The notes: generated by a model from the sequence alone, not told the origin. Positions 27,822 through 37,296 are shown, counted from the stretch's first letter. The stretch is DNA of 64,000 bases from Bacteroidota bacterium (GCA_048267165.1 JBLWYD010000009.1:4577-68576), one strand, 5' to 3'. Numbers and translations are program-made.

Positions 27822-28118
27822 TTAATATCTATCGTCTCTATCAAATCTTCTGTTGTTATTTGTTCTTGGTCTTTCTTCTCTTGGATTCGCTTTCTTAACA
27901 ACAATTGTTCTTTCTTCGAATTCACTTTGATCAGTTTCGTCGATAGCACGTTGTGCTTCATCGTCGTTTGCCATTTCTACGAAGCCATATCCTTTAGATT
28001 TGCCCGTAACTCTGTCCATAATAACATTGGCAGAAGTAACTTCACCAAACTCTTCGAATAAATCACGAAGACTGTCGCTAGTAGTTGAAAAATTCAACTT
28101 TGCAATAAATATATTCAT
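27822..28118 (-). CDS. RRM-type RNA-binding protein
   Basis: 98 aa. RNP2 IFIAKLNF, RNP1 KGYGFVEM, basic Arg/Asn-rich tail. Confidence 0.9.
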   Translation of the reverse strand: MNIFIAKLNFSTTSDSLRDLFEEFGEVTSANVIMDRVTGKSKGYGFVEMANDDEAQRAIDETDQSEFEERTIVVKKANPREERPRTNNNRRFDRDDRY

Positions 28119-28256
28119 ACAATAAACTTTAAATAAATTTTAAAAAATTTGACTGAAATAATACTTTTCTTTAAAGTATTTAACTTAACTCAGTCAAGAA
28201 TATTGTAACTTATAAATAATCTTTGGATTATCAAAGAAAAAAATAAAAATATTTAA

Positions 28257-29168
28257 TTATTTAAGTACTATTTTTTTCAATTTGTTGAAAACAAACTTAC
28301 CTAATTCGGAGGTTAACACCCCAAACATAAGAATAGTAGCCCCTATTAGCTCAAGTGTTGATAGTATTTCACTTAAGAATATAGCTGCAAAAATAGCAGC
28401 AAATATTGGCTCCAAGCTGAAGATAAGAGCCGCTTTCACGGGTGTTGTATATCGCTGGTATGTAGTGTGAATTATAGTCAATACAAAACTCGCTAACACA
28501 GCGTTGAATGCTAATGACATAAGTAAGTCTGAAGTGAAGTTTACTTCGAGTTCTGGTAAATCAAATAGAAGAAAACCAATAATTGGTAATGGCAAAGCAA
28601 ATAAAAACTGAATAGCTACTAACTGCATCGTCTGTTTATTCGAGTCATAATCTTTGGTAAAAGTATCCATCAGGGTAATATAAACTGCCCAAAACCCCGT
28701 TGAAATAAGCGTAAGTACATCACCAGTATTCAGATTGTCAAAATCGGGATTGGTAAATACATAAAGCCCAATGAACGCAATAATTACCCCTATCTTTGGC
28801 CAAAACATAAGTTTATCTTTAGATATCAGCTTGAATGCGAATGGGGTAAGTACTACTGTTAGACCTGTTATAAACGCGGAATTAGTTACATTAGTCATAC
28901 CTAATCCAACTGTTTGCAATACGAAGCCACCACCGAACAGCATACCCAGAATTGCTCCTGCTTTCCATGTCACTTTATCAATATTATTCATGTGTCTATG
29001 AAAAAAGATTAGTACCAGAGTAAGTGCAATAGTAAATCTTAATATGACATATAGGAATGGAGGGCAGCTCTCTAGCCCTAGTTTTGTAAATAGAAATGTT
29101 GCTCCCCAAATCAATGTCATTAGGAATAACATAAATTCGGCCTTCCAGTGAGATACTTTATCACTCAT
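28257..29168 (-). CDS. EamA/DMT family transporter
   Basis: 303 aa with about 10 hydrophobic helices in two repeated halves, typical of the drug/metabolite transporter superfamily. Confidence 0.8.
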   Translation of the reverse strand: MSDKVSHWKAEFMLFLMTLIWGATFLFTKLGLESCPPFLYVILRFTIALTLVLIFFHRHMNNIDKVTWKAGAILGMLFGGGFVLQTVGLGMTNVTNSAFITGLTVVLTPFAFKLISKDKLMFWPKIGVIIAFIGLYVFTNPDFDNLNTGDVLTLISTGFWAVYITLMDTFTKDYDSNKQTMQLVAIQFLFALPLPIIGFLLFDLPELEVNFTSDLLMSLAFNAVLASFVLTIIHTTYQRYTTPVKAALIFSLEPIFAAIFAAIFLSEILSTLELIGATILMFGVLTSELGKFVFNKLKKIVLK

Positions 29169-30359
29169 CTATCTTTTCTCTGTAGTGTCAGTTGGTGCAA
29201 GGGGTGGGTTGCTACCTTCTAGTTCTTGTAGGTTTTTGCGGATTACATCTATATCGGTGCTAGATTTCACTCCATTCACGGAATCTAGCCTTGCTCTTTC
29301 ATTTTCTTCTTTTAACTTCTTCGCTTGTTTCTCTCTTCTTCGCTTGTTGAAGTTGACCGATTCTATTAGAGTCACATCTTCTGGAATAATACCCCTAGCT
29401 CGAAGAGTATCTTCAGCCACTAAGTATCTCTTTCTGTTGGGAATCCAGCCCTGTATTTCTTCGGGTATTTGCTTTATCGGTATATATGCTTCTTCTACTA
29501 GCATTGGGTCGCCAGATAGCTTTACTCTACCTTCTTTGTTATTAGCTAGGTCGAGCCAAGGCCCTACTTTTCTATCATAATCGAACATATCTTGTATGAC
29601 TACTGGTGTACCAGATAGCCAAATCTGCTGTCTATTAGTGTCTAGTTGTACTCCTTTGCCCCAATTGAAAAGCCATTTAGAGTCAGAAAGGAATTGCCTA
29701 ACACAAGAGTGAGAAACAGCACGTCCCGGCATTTCAAACTGATGGAAAGCATTGCCAGCGTATCGGTGGAAATTCCAAGTGTTGGGTAACACCCAAGTAG
29801 AGTCGAGTGATGATTTGCGAAGTTTATCTCTCCAAACTAATGCGTATCTACCAGGGTAAGTAGGTGTCCGCTCTTTGCCTGTGTTCGCTGCAGCGAATCT
29901 TACTAATACTCCATTTTCATAAGCAGCATAGCATTGATACTTATTAGATACGATTATTAACTTTGGTATATGCTTAGCGTCGCAATAGTATGGCGGATAT
30001 ATAGAGTAAGCTCGCATATCGGGGATAATAGTATCTGGTACTACTATGCTATCACCTACTTTCAGGAATCTCATTTCTTTTCTATTCAGAGTGATGAAAG
30101 CCTTGTTCGCCCAAAGGTTGGAATCGCTGTACGCATACTTTTCCTTTATCTCTAAGAACTGAGCGTAGTCTTCTATCACCAAAGTTTTATAGTTAATAGT
30201 AGGGAAAGTGTCTAATTCAAGGAATCGCTTTTCGCATTTGCTTATTTCTTCTTGTTCTATTGATGCAGTTAAGTCTTCCTCAGATATATCTTTGGGAAGT
30301 TCAGATTCGCTACACGATAGTAGAAATAAAAATAAAAATGCAAAAAAGGCTTTATTCAT
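29169..30359 (-). CDS. L,D-transpeptidase family lipoprotein
   Basis: Lipobox LLSC. YkuD-type catalytic motif FHQFEMPGRAVSHSCVRQ. The stop abuts the downstream gene's start. Confidence 0.8.
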   Translation of the reverse strand: MNKAFFAFLFLFLLSCSESELPKDISEEDLTASIEQEEISKCEKRFLELDTFPTINYKTLVIEDYAQFLEIKEKYAYSDSNLWANKAFITLNRKEMRFLKVGDSIVVPDTIIPDMRAYSIYPPYYCDAKHIPKLIIVSNKYQCYAAYENGVLVRFAAANTGKERTPTYPGRYALVWRDKLRKSSLDSTWVLPNTWNFHRYAGNAFHQFEMPGRAVSHSCVRQFLSDSKWLFNWGKGVQLDTNRQQIWLSGTPVVIQDMFDYDRKVGPWLDLANNKEGRVKLSGDPMLVEEAYIPIKQIPEEIQGWIPNRKRYLVAEDTLRARGIIPEDVTLIESVNFNKRRREKQAKKLKEENERARLDSVNGVKSSTDIDVIRKNLQELEGSNPPLAPTDTTEKR

Positions 30360-30406
30360 GATAATATTTTTTAATCTATTGACTATTTTGGATATTAAGA
30401 TATTAA

Positions 30407-30414
30407 TAATTTTG
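30407..30414 (+). promoter_or_regulatory. candidate -7 box TAATTTTG
   Basis: TAnnTTTG match about 34 nt upstream of the ATG at 30449. Confidence 0.45.
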
Positions 30415-30448
30415 CAAAGTTAGAACATTTTTTAATAAAAGGTAGATT

Positions 30449-31423
30449 ATGGAAAGAAATACGATATCAAAATTCATAGAAACGAACTTTCTGCATTTTA
30501 ATTCGGCTGCATTAGTCGATGCTGCAAAAGGGTACGAAAAGCAATTGGAAATGGGCAACAAGATGATGATAACTCTAGCTGGTGCAATGAGTACAGCTGA
30601 GTTAGGAATATCACTAGCTGAGATAATCCGCCAAGGAAAAGTAGATATTATCTCCTGTACGGGTGCTAATCTTGAAGAAGACATAATGAACTTAGTTGCT
30701 CATAATAGCTACGAAAGAGTTCCACATTACCGTGATTTGACTCCACAGGACGAATGGGCATTGCTAGAAAGAGGGCTAAACAGAGTAACTGATACTTGTA
30801 TTCCCGAAGAAGAAGCTTTCCGTAAACTACAAAAGCATATCTACAAAATATGGAAAGATGCTGAGGAAAATGGTGAAAGATATTTCCCTCACGAATTTAT
30901 GTATAAGATGCTACTTTCGGGAGTACTAGAAGGTGATTATGAGATAGACCCTAAGAACTCTTGGATGCTAGCTGCAGCTGAGAAAAATCTACCAATTATT
31001 GTTCCGGGTTGGGAAGATTCGACTATGGGTAATATATTCGCTTCATACTGTATGAAAGGCGAATTAAAGCCAAGCACTATGAAAAGCGGTATAGAATATA
31101 TGACTTTCCTCGCTGATTATTATATCAAAAATACAAAAGACAATGGTCTAGGTTTCTTCCAAATAGGTGGCGGTATAGCAGGTGATTTCCCTATATGCGT
31201 AGTGCCAATGCTTTACCAAGATATGGAAATGGAAATAATTCCTTTCTGGAGCTATTTCTGTCAGGTTTCGGATTCCACTACTAGCTTTGGTTCTTACTCT
31301 GGTGCAGTGCCGAACGAAAAGATTACGTGGGGAAAATTGGATATAGATACGCCAAAATTCATAATTGAATCTGATGCAACTATTGTTGTTCCATTAATTT
31401 TCGCTTGGCTTTTAAATAAATAA
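30449..31423 (+). CDS. deoxyhypusine synthase family protein (bacterial DHS-like / possible homospermidine synthase)
   Basis: 324 aa. LAGAMSTAELG...GKVDIISCTGANLEEDI and GGGIAGDFPI blocks match the DHS fold family. Confidence 0.8.
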   Translation: MERNTISKFIETNFLHFNSAALVDAAKGYEKQLEMGNKMMITLAGAMSTAELGISLAEIIRQGKVDIISCTGANLEEDIMNLVAHNSYERVPHYRDLTPQDEWALLERGLNRVTDTCIPEEEAFRKLQKHIYKIWKDAEENGERYFPHEFMYKMLLSGVLEGDYEIDPKNSWMLAAAEKNLPIIVPGWEDSTMGNIFASYCMKGELKPSTMKSGIEYMTFLADYYIKNTKDNGLGFFQIGGGIAGDFPICVVPMLYQDMEMEIIPFWSYFCQVSDSTTSFGSYSGAVPNEKITWGKLDIDTPKFIIESDATIVVPLIFAWLLNK

Positions 31424-31494
31424 TATGTTATTTTAAGTTATTAGTATTACAACAGTTTGAAAATATATTCAACTAATCAACGGAATTTTAGACT

Positions 31495-32373
31495 ATGAAA
31501 AAAATAGTTTTGATAATAATTGCTGCCGGTCTAATGACTATGAGCAGCTATTCGCAGGAAGACGTACTCAGACCTAAGGGGCGAGTAGGTGGAGGTTTCT
31601 CATCACCTAGCGGTCATCCATGGGCATTAGGGCTAGAGGCAGGATTGAGTTATAATAAGTATGGAGCCGATTTGAATTGGACAGATGGTATATCTGGCAA
31701 TTCAACGGATGCTAATTCTGTTTATAATGTATTCGAAAGTCTATCAGGGTTATCACCACATGTAGGCTTTTTTGTAGATTATGATATTAATAGAACCTTC
31801 GGGATTCATGTCAAATTCTTATACAATCAATTCAAATATAGTAATAATTCTGATGGAATTGTTGATTTTTATGACCCAACTACTTTTCCAAGTACATACC
31901 TAGGTACAGAGATTGTAAATTTAGAAGTTGAAGATTCTTATAATTTCTTAAGTTTTGACCCTAGTTTAAGAATAAATGCTAACGAGAAACTATACTTTCT
32001 TTTAGGTCCATCATTTAACTATGGTATTGGAACAAGAACAAATCAATACGATTTCACTAAAAAAGATACAGATATTAATTTTGTTGGTGAAAATGCAACA
32101 GGTGAAAATTCTAGTTCTATTGCAGCTAGTGAAGATTTCAAGACCACAAGATATGGTATTAACTTAGGAGCTGGTTATAAATTCAAAATATCTGATGATA
32201 TTTATTTGGCCCCTCAAATTAACTATAACTTAGATATTACGAGTTATAATAATCAACAATTCCTTAACGATAATCAGACTCTTACGGAAGGTATTAAAAT
32301 TCTAAACTTATCTAATCAATCTGTAAACCAATTACGATTTTCTGTCACTTTATGGTTTGAAAACCTAAAATAA
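31495..32373 (+). CDS. outer-membrane beta-barrel protein (porin-like OMP_b-brl family)
   Basis: Signal peptide, alternating beta-strand pattern, C-terminal LRFSVTLWFENLK. Confidence 0.75.
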   Translation: MKKIVLIIIAAGLMTMSSYSQEDVLRPKGRVGGGFSSPSGHPWALGLEAGLSYNKYGADLNWTDGISGNSTDANSVYNVFESLSGLSPHVGFFVDYDINRTFGIHVKFLYNQFKYSNNSDGIVDFYDPTTFPSTYLGTEIVNLEVEDSYNFLSFDPSLRINANEKLYFLLGPSFNYGIGTRTNQYDFTKKDTDINFVGENATGENSSSIAASEDFKTTRYGINLGAGYKFKISDDIYLAPQINYNLDITSYNNQQFLNDNQTLTEGIKILNLSNQSVNQLRFSVTLWFENLK

Positions 32374-32385
32374 GGAGAAATTAAC

Positions 32386-33858
32386 ATGAAAAACTTAAGT
32401 ATATTTATAGCTTTAGTAGTTGCATCATTCTCCTTGGCTTTCGGACAGAATGTAATAGTTAGTCCTATAGGAGTGAACACAGATGGCGATGAATTTTCGA
32501 GTGGAATTACTCTCCGAGCAAATGAGATGTATTTCACAGCTGATAAATCTGGTGAGCAAACAATATTCCACGCAAAACTAAAAAATGGTAAATGGGAAAT
32601 CTCTGAGAAAGTAGATAGTGATGTGAACTCTGGTGACCAGAACGGCTCGGCTACTCTAACTCCAGATGGTCAGTATATGGTCTTCGCATCTTATGAGCAT
32701 AGTGTAGATGGGGCAGGTAGAACGGACCTATATAGCGCTAGAAAAATTAATGGTTCTTGGACAGATGTACAAAATCTGGGTATGGCAATCAATAGTGAGT
32801 ACTGGGATTCGCAACCATCACTAACGAGCGATGGACGTACATTGTATTTCGTTAGTGATAGACCGGCTACTACTGACGGTTCTAATATATTCTACAGTGA
32901 GCGTACTAGAGAAGGATGGGCAAAGGCAAAGGAACTCACTTCTGTGAACACTGGCTCTGACGAGATGAGTCCATTTATAGCTGCCGATAACAAGACATTC
33001 ACTTACTCAAGTAATAAACCTGGTGGTGAAGGTGGGTTCGATATTTATTTCGCAAAAATAAATTCTGACAAAAATGCCTTCGGGTTCAAAAATGCTGGTG
33101 CTGCAATCAATACTGAGTATGACGAGCATTTTTACGTAGTTGCGGCTAACTCGGAAACTGCTTTTTTCAGTACTAACAAACCATCGCAAAAAGCGAACTT
33201 CAATATTTACTCTGCTGTGCCTAATCCGCACGTTGCAGAAGATGTAGTGTTCGTACATGGAACTGTAACTGATATAGACGACAGTTCTCCGCTTGGTTCT
33301 GACATAACAATCACTGATTTGACTAGCGGACAAGTAGTTGCAAACCTAAGAAGTGATGATATATCAGGTGAATATAGCTCTGTACTGACAGCTGGTAGAA
33401 ACTATTCTATCACTGCTGAAAAAGAAGGGTATCTATTCTACTCGGAGAACTTCAATATTTCTTCGGCTATAACTAACAAGGACATCACGAAGGATATTAC
33501 TCTAAGTAAAATAGCAAAGGGTAAAACTAGATTGCTTATCTTCTTTGATTTCGATAAATCGACATTGCAAAATGAGTCAAAACCAGAGTTAGCTAGATTA
33601 ACGAAATTCATGAATGATAATCCTGATGTGAAAATTGAGCTACACGGTCATACTGATGACAGAGGTGCAGATGATTATAACAACAACTTATCACTAGAAA
33701 GAGCAAAAGCTGTTAGCACTTACCTTGGTAATAGTGGTATCCCTAATGGAAGGATTGGTACTAAAGGATTTGGTAAATCGCAACCACTAATAGTGGATAC
33801 TTCTGATGAAGCTAGAGCTAAGAACAGAAGAGTAGAGCTAGTAATAGTTTCTATCTAG
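32386..33858 (+). CDS. OmpA family protein with TolB-like PD40 repeats and a CarboxypepD_reg-like domain
   Basis: Repeated PD40-like SPDG/TSDGRTLYF motifs. Beta-sandwich VHGTVTDIDD. OmpA_C block FDFDKSTL...GHTDDRGADDYNNNLSLERAKAV...NRRVELV. Confidence 0.88.
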   Translation: MKNLSIFIALVVASFSLAFGQNVIVSPIGVNTDGDEFSSGITLRANEMYFTADKSGEQTIFHAKLKNGKWEISEKVDSDVNSGDQNGSATLTPDGQYMVFASYEHSVDGAGRTDLYSARKINGSWTDVQNLGMAINSEYWDSQPSLTSDGRTLYFVSDRPATTDGSNIFYSERTREGWAKAKELTSVNTGSDEMSPFIAADNKTFTYSSNKPGGEGGFDIYFAKINSDKNAFGFKNAGAAINTEYDEHFYVVAANSETAFFSTNKPSQKANFNIYSAVPNPHVAEDVVFVHGTVTDIDDSSPLGSDITITDLTSGQVVANLRSDDISGEYSSVLTAGRNYSITAEKEGYLFYSENFNISSAITNKDITKDITLSKIAKGKTRLLIFFDFDKSTLQNESKPELARLTKFMNDNPDVKIELHGHTDDRGADDYNNNLSLERAKAVSTYLGNSGIPNGRIGTKGFGKSQPLIVDTSDEARAKNRRVELVIVSI

Positions 33859-33883
33859 AAGATCTAATCTTATTTAAAAATCA

Positions 33884-33918
33884 AAAGAGATTGTCTGATT
33901 AAGGCAATCTCTTTTTTT
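33884..33918 (+). terminator. rho-independent terminator
   Basis: Perfect 10-bp stem aaagagattg / caatctcttt running into ttttttt. Confidence 0.72.
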
Positions 33919-34183
33919 ATTGCCATTGACTATTAAAGACAATCCTGATGTCCATTTGTAATCGATCATTGCAGCTATAAAAGCGAGCTTGCAATTAATC
34001 CTTCGTTGAATATTCATCATATTTGTTTTTAAAACGAAGAGAAAAAAGTGCGGTAGTAGAATAAGTTAGTTGGAATCATCAGAATTTTGTTTCAAGATAT
34101 AAACGATATTCAGGATATAATACGCCACTCAGATAACACCGAAGTCGTAATCTCTCTAAACAGATTGAAATGGATATGTTCTC

Positions 34184-34465
34184 TTAAAACTTATAAGTAC
34201 TTACGCTAAATTCTGTATCAGGTATTGGTTTTGTATTCAGGTCGAATTCCACAATTTTGAATTCTAGAGGTCGAAATTCGGAGAATATCCTTAGCACCCA
34301 TTTGTTCTTTTTGAATATTTTCTTAGGTAACCGTACAACTTCGAAAATTGGGTTTTTGATTTTTTCGCTTTTACTCTCGTTTATCAGTTTCACTTTTATA
34401 GCTACACTATCATTTACATGATATGTATCTAATATTATTATTTTCAGATTATTCGAGATTGCCAT
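34184..34465 (-). CDS. orphan small hypothetical protein (93 aa)
   Basis: The only sizeable ORF in a ~950-bp low-coding gap. No signal peptide or recognisable motif. Coding status is uncertain. Confidence 0.3.
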   Translation of the reverse strand: MAISNNLKIIILDTYHVNDSVAIKVKLINESKSEKIKNPIFEVVRLPKKIFKKNKWVLRIFSEFRPLEFKIVEFDLNTKPIPDTEFSVSTYKF

Positions 34466-34877
34466 TAGTAAATTATTTCTTGCGATTATATATAAATACT
34501 TCTGCTAATTTACTCAATTAATCCTATCTAATAATCATAAAGGGATAATAAAAAAGAGTGCTAAAAATTAACACAGCATTCTAAATATTAATTGCTAATA
34601 TCTATAAATCACAACGACCGTATTTAGTCGCTGCCCCAAGCTCCCTTATAGCTGTATTTGAAGGAGTAAACACCAGTATTCTTGATCCTTGCCCTCCTTA
34701 ATCGTAGTGCATTTGCGATTACGGAAACCCTATAAGTATTTGTGGTTGTTGAGTGGTGCCCAAGGGGCGATATTTGGAGATAGCCACATTATTTCAGAAG
34801 CTGATACTCCTAATTATGACAGAGCTTTTTACCAGTCTTCTCTCCCATATTAATAATTATTCCGTAAATTGATAGAT

Positions 34878-36086
34878 ATGAAATTCAACAAAATAAAATA
34901 CTTTATAGACAAATTTCACGATACTCGTGGTAGTGGCAAGATAATCAAGTTCACTACTCAGGCAGCATTTTTCTCTGTATTTATCGGTAGTTTCGCTCTT
35001 ATTATGTCGCTGTCTATACTAGACGGTTTTGAGGATATGCTAACCGAAACAACTGCCAAATTCACATCTGATATTTCGATTGTGAGTATGAATGGCGGGT
35101 ACGTTAGCAAAGATAGTGTTGACTTTTCGGGTTTGGGAATCGCTGGGATTTCGGAAGTAATAGAAAAACCAGTAATTGTAAGAAAAAAGAATGATATAGA
35201 TGGATTTATACTCAAAGGTATAGACTACAATAATGATATTAATAATTTCCGTCAGAATATAGAAAATGGTAAGTTCGCCTTCAGTTCGGATAGTGCCAAA
35301 GAAGTAATTATCAGTGAAAAAGTAGCTAAGAAAATGGGTTATAAGTTGGATGATGATATTGTCATTTATTCAATAGATGCTGGTGAAGAATCTATACCCA
35401 AAACTAAGATTTCCAAATTCAAAGTTGTTGGACTTTACGATACTGGATTAGGCGAGTATGATAATTCTATAATCATTGCTCCTTTGAAAACCACGCTTAA
35501 CTTTTTCGATATAGAAAGCGGTAATGCTACTAGATTGGAAATAGCTTTGAAAGATAAAAGTAAAATAGCAGCTACCACTGATAAAATTGCTAATGCTTTG
35601 CAGTTCCCTTATATGACAAAAAATGTTTTCGATTACCAGCGCTCAGCACTTATATGGATACAAGTACAGAAAGAGCCAATCCCACTAGTATTAGGGATTA
35701 TCACAATCGTAGCAGTGCTGAATGTAGTGACTATGTTACTTATTCTTATTGTCGAAAAAACTCGTCAGATTGGGATAATGAAAGTATTAGGAATGCCGTC
35801 AATTGACATAATCAAAATTTTCGTTTTTATTGGTGTTCGCTTAGCTCTGAAAGCAGCACTAACTGGAGGAATAGTGGCATTAATACTGTCCCTACTCCAA
35901 CAGCAATTCGGCTTTATCTCTCTCGATAGCAATGTCTATTTCCTCGATACTGTACCCATAAGCATTAACCCTTGGCATTATTTCATCGTTATATTCAACG
36001 CTGTTGTAATCTCAGCTATTGTTGTGCTTATACCATCTATCGTATCATCGAGGATTAGACCCGTCAAAGTACTTCGCTTTTCATAA
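34878..36086 (+). CDS. lipoprotein-releasing system / FtsX-family ABC transporter permease (LolC/E-like)
   Basis: N-terminal TM helix, MacB-like periplasmic domain, C-terminal FtsX block ILIVEKTRQIGIMKVLGM with three TM helices. The ATG at 34878 is preferred to the TTG at 34869. Confidence 0.85.
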   Translation: MKFNKIKYFIDKFHDTRGSGKIIKFTTQAAFFSVFIGSFALIMSLSILDGFEDMLTETTAKFTSDISIVSMNGGYVSKDSVDFSGLGIAGISEVIEKPVIVRKKNDIDGFILKGIDYNNDINNFRQNIENGKFAFSSDSAKEVIISEKVAKKMGYKLDDDIVIYSIDAGEESIPKTKISKFKVVGLYDTGLGEYDNSIIIAPLKTTLNFFDIESGNATRLEIALKDKSKIAATTDKIANALQFPYMTKNVFDYQRSALIWIQVQKEPIPLVLGIITIVAVLNVVTMLLILIVEKTRQIGIMKVLGMPSIDIIKIFVFIGVRLALKAALTGGIVALILSLLQQQFGFISLDSNVYFLDTVPISINPWHYFIVIFNAVVISAIVVLIPSIVSSRIRPVKVLRFS

Positions 36087-36096
36087 GTGGCTAATT

Positions 36097-36124
36097 TTGA
36101 ACAATATTGGCTTATATTGTTCAA
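36097..36124 (+). terminator. hairpin after the lolE-like gene
   Basis: Perfect 11-bp stem ttgaacaatat (36097-36107) / atattgttcaa (36114-36124). It is AT-rich and the following T-tract is weak. Confidence 0.4.
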
Positions 36125-36202
36125 ATTATTCTTGCCAATAATACCCCTTGCGAGTAAGTTGAAATATTCTTAACTTACACTATATTATGAATTAACTACC
36201 AA

Positions 36203-36466
36203 TTGAATATACCGAAAAAAGATTTGGCATATACATTGCAGAACAATCTAATGGATAAAAAGATTAATAATTTCCTAAAGGCTTATGGTGCCGAAAGTAG
36301 CATCAATAAAAAGAGCATAATCGAGAAGCTTTTAGCCCAAATCGGCGAAAAAGACGGAAGTTCTAGAGAAGAGCTGATGAAATTAGTAAAAAATCTATCC
36401 ACAAAGCTGAAATCAGAGGAAGACGATTTGGCTATAATTAGGAAAATAATAGAAGAAATTGATTAG
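36203..36466 (+). CDS. small hypothetical protein at the head of the flagellar cluster
   Basis: 87 aa from a TTG start, or 71 aa from the ATG at 36251. Helical and charged. It ends 11 nt before flgF. It does not resemble FlgM. Confidence 0.4.
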   Translation: MNIPKKDLAYTLQNNLMDKKINNFLKAYGAESSINKKSIIEKLLAQIGEKDGSSREELMKLVKNLSTKLKSEEDDLAIIRKIIEEID

Positions 36467-36477
36467 GAAGGATTCCC

Positions 36478-37254
36478 GTGATCAAAGAATTATACACTGC
36501 CGCGTTGGGCATGACATCCCAGCAAACACGACTAGAAGTAATATCTAACAATATTGCGAATGCCTCTACTGTGGGGTTCAAACGCGATTCTGTATTCGAG
36601 CGAAATTTAATCGACTCGAAAGCAAATCTGTACAATATTGCTGGAAGTGCTGAGCAGAACGACCCACCAATCGGCTCTTACATTGATTTTAACAAAGGAA
36701 GCTTTGACCAAACTGGTAATGACTTCGATGTTGCTATTGATGGCGAAGGCTTTTTCTTGCTGAATGATGAGCAAGGGAAAGAATTTTTGACCAGAGCTGG
36801 TAATTTCAAGATAAATCAAGAAGGCGACGTTATTTCGGCTAATGGCAAATATCTAATGGCAAGTGGTGGTAGAATCAACGTATATGGTACTTTGCAGGGT
36901 GATAACTTCAACTCAGATACAAGAAAAGCTGAAGTGAAAATAGATAACTCAGGTGAGATATTCATCAATAATTTAAGCCACGGTAATCTGGATATAGTTG
37001 ATACTAACAGCTATGCTGTTTTAGAGAAAGTATCATCATCTGATTTTATACTAACTGATGACAATCAGTACCAAAAACTATCAAATGATAGAATTAGCGT
37101 CCGTCAAGGATGGCTAGAAAACTCCAACGTAAACGTAATTGACGAGATGGTAGAGATGATAAATCTGCAACGTCAATTCGAAGCTGGGAGTAAAGTAATT
37201 ACAACTAATGAGAACACACTAGAGCAATCTATTGCATTAGGTAAATACTATTAA
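36478..37254 (+). CDS. flgF: flagellar basal-body rod protein FlgF
   Basis: GTG start preceded by aggaagg. N-terminal LYTAALGMTSQQTRLEVISNNIANASTVGFKRD. C-terminal NVNVIDEMVEMINLQRQFEA. Confidence 0.88.
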   Translation: MIKELYTAALGMTSQQTRLEVISNNIANASTVGFKRDSVFERNLIDSKANLYNIAGSAEQNDPPIGSYIDFNKGSFDQTGNDFDVAIDGEGFFLLNDEQGKEFLTRAGNFKINQEGDVISANGKYLMASGGRINVYGTLQGDNFNSDTRKAEVKIDNSGEIFINNLSHGNLDIVDTNSYAVLEKVSSSDFILTDDNQYQKLSNDRISVRQGWLENSNVNVIDEMVEMINLQRQFEAGSKVITTNENTLEQSIALGKYY

Positions 37255-37296
37255 TAACTAAGAAATTAAATTGATCCAACATACAGGAAGTATCAA

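Noticed and set aside
36087-36202. Sigma-54 or sigma-28 promoter upstream of the flagellar block
   Set aside because: tggcttatattgttc superficially resembles a -24/-12 element but lacks the GG-N10-GC spacing. No TAAA-N15-GCCGATAA match was seen, so no promoter is called.
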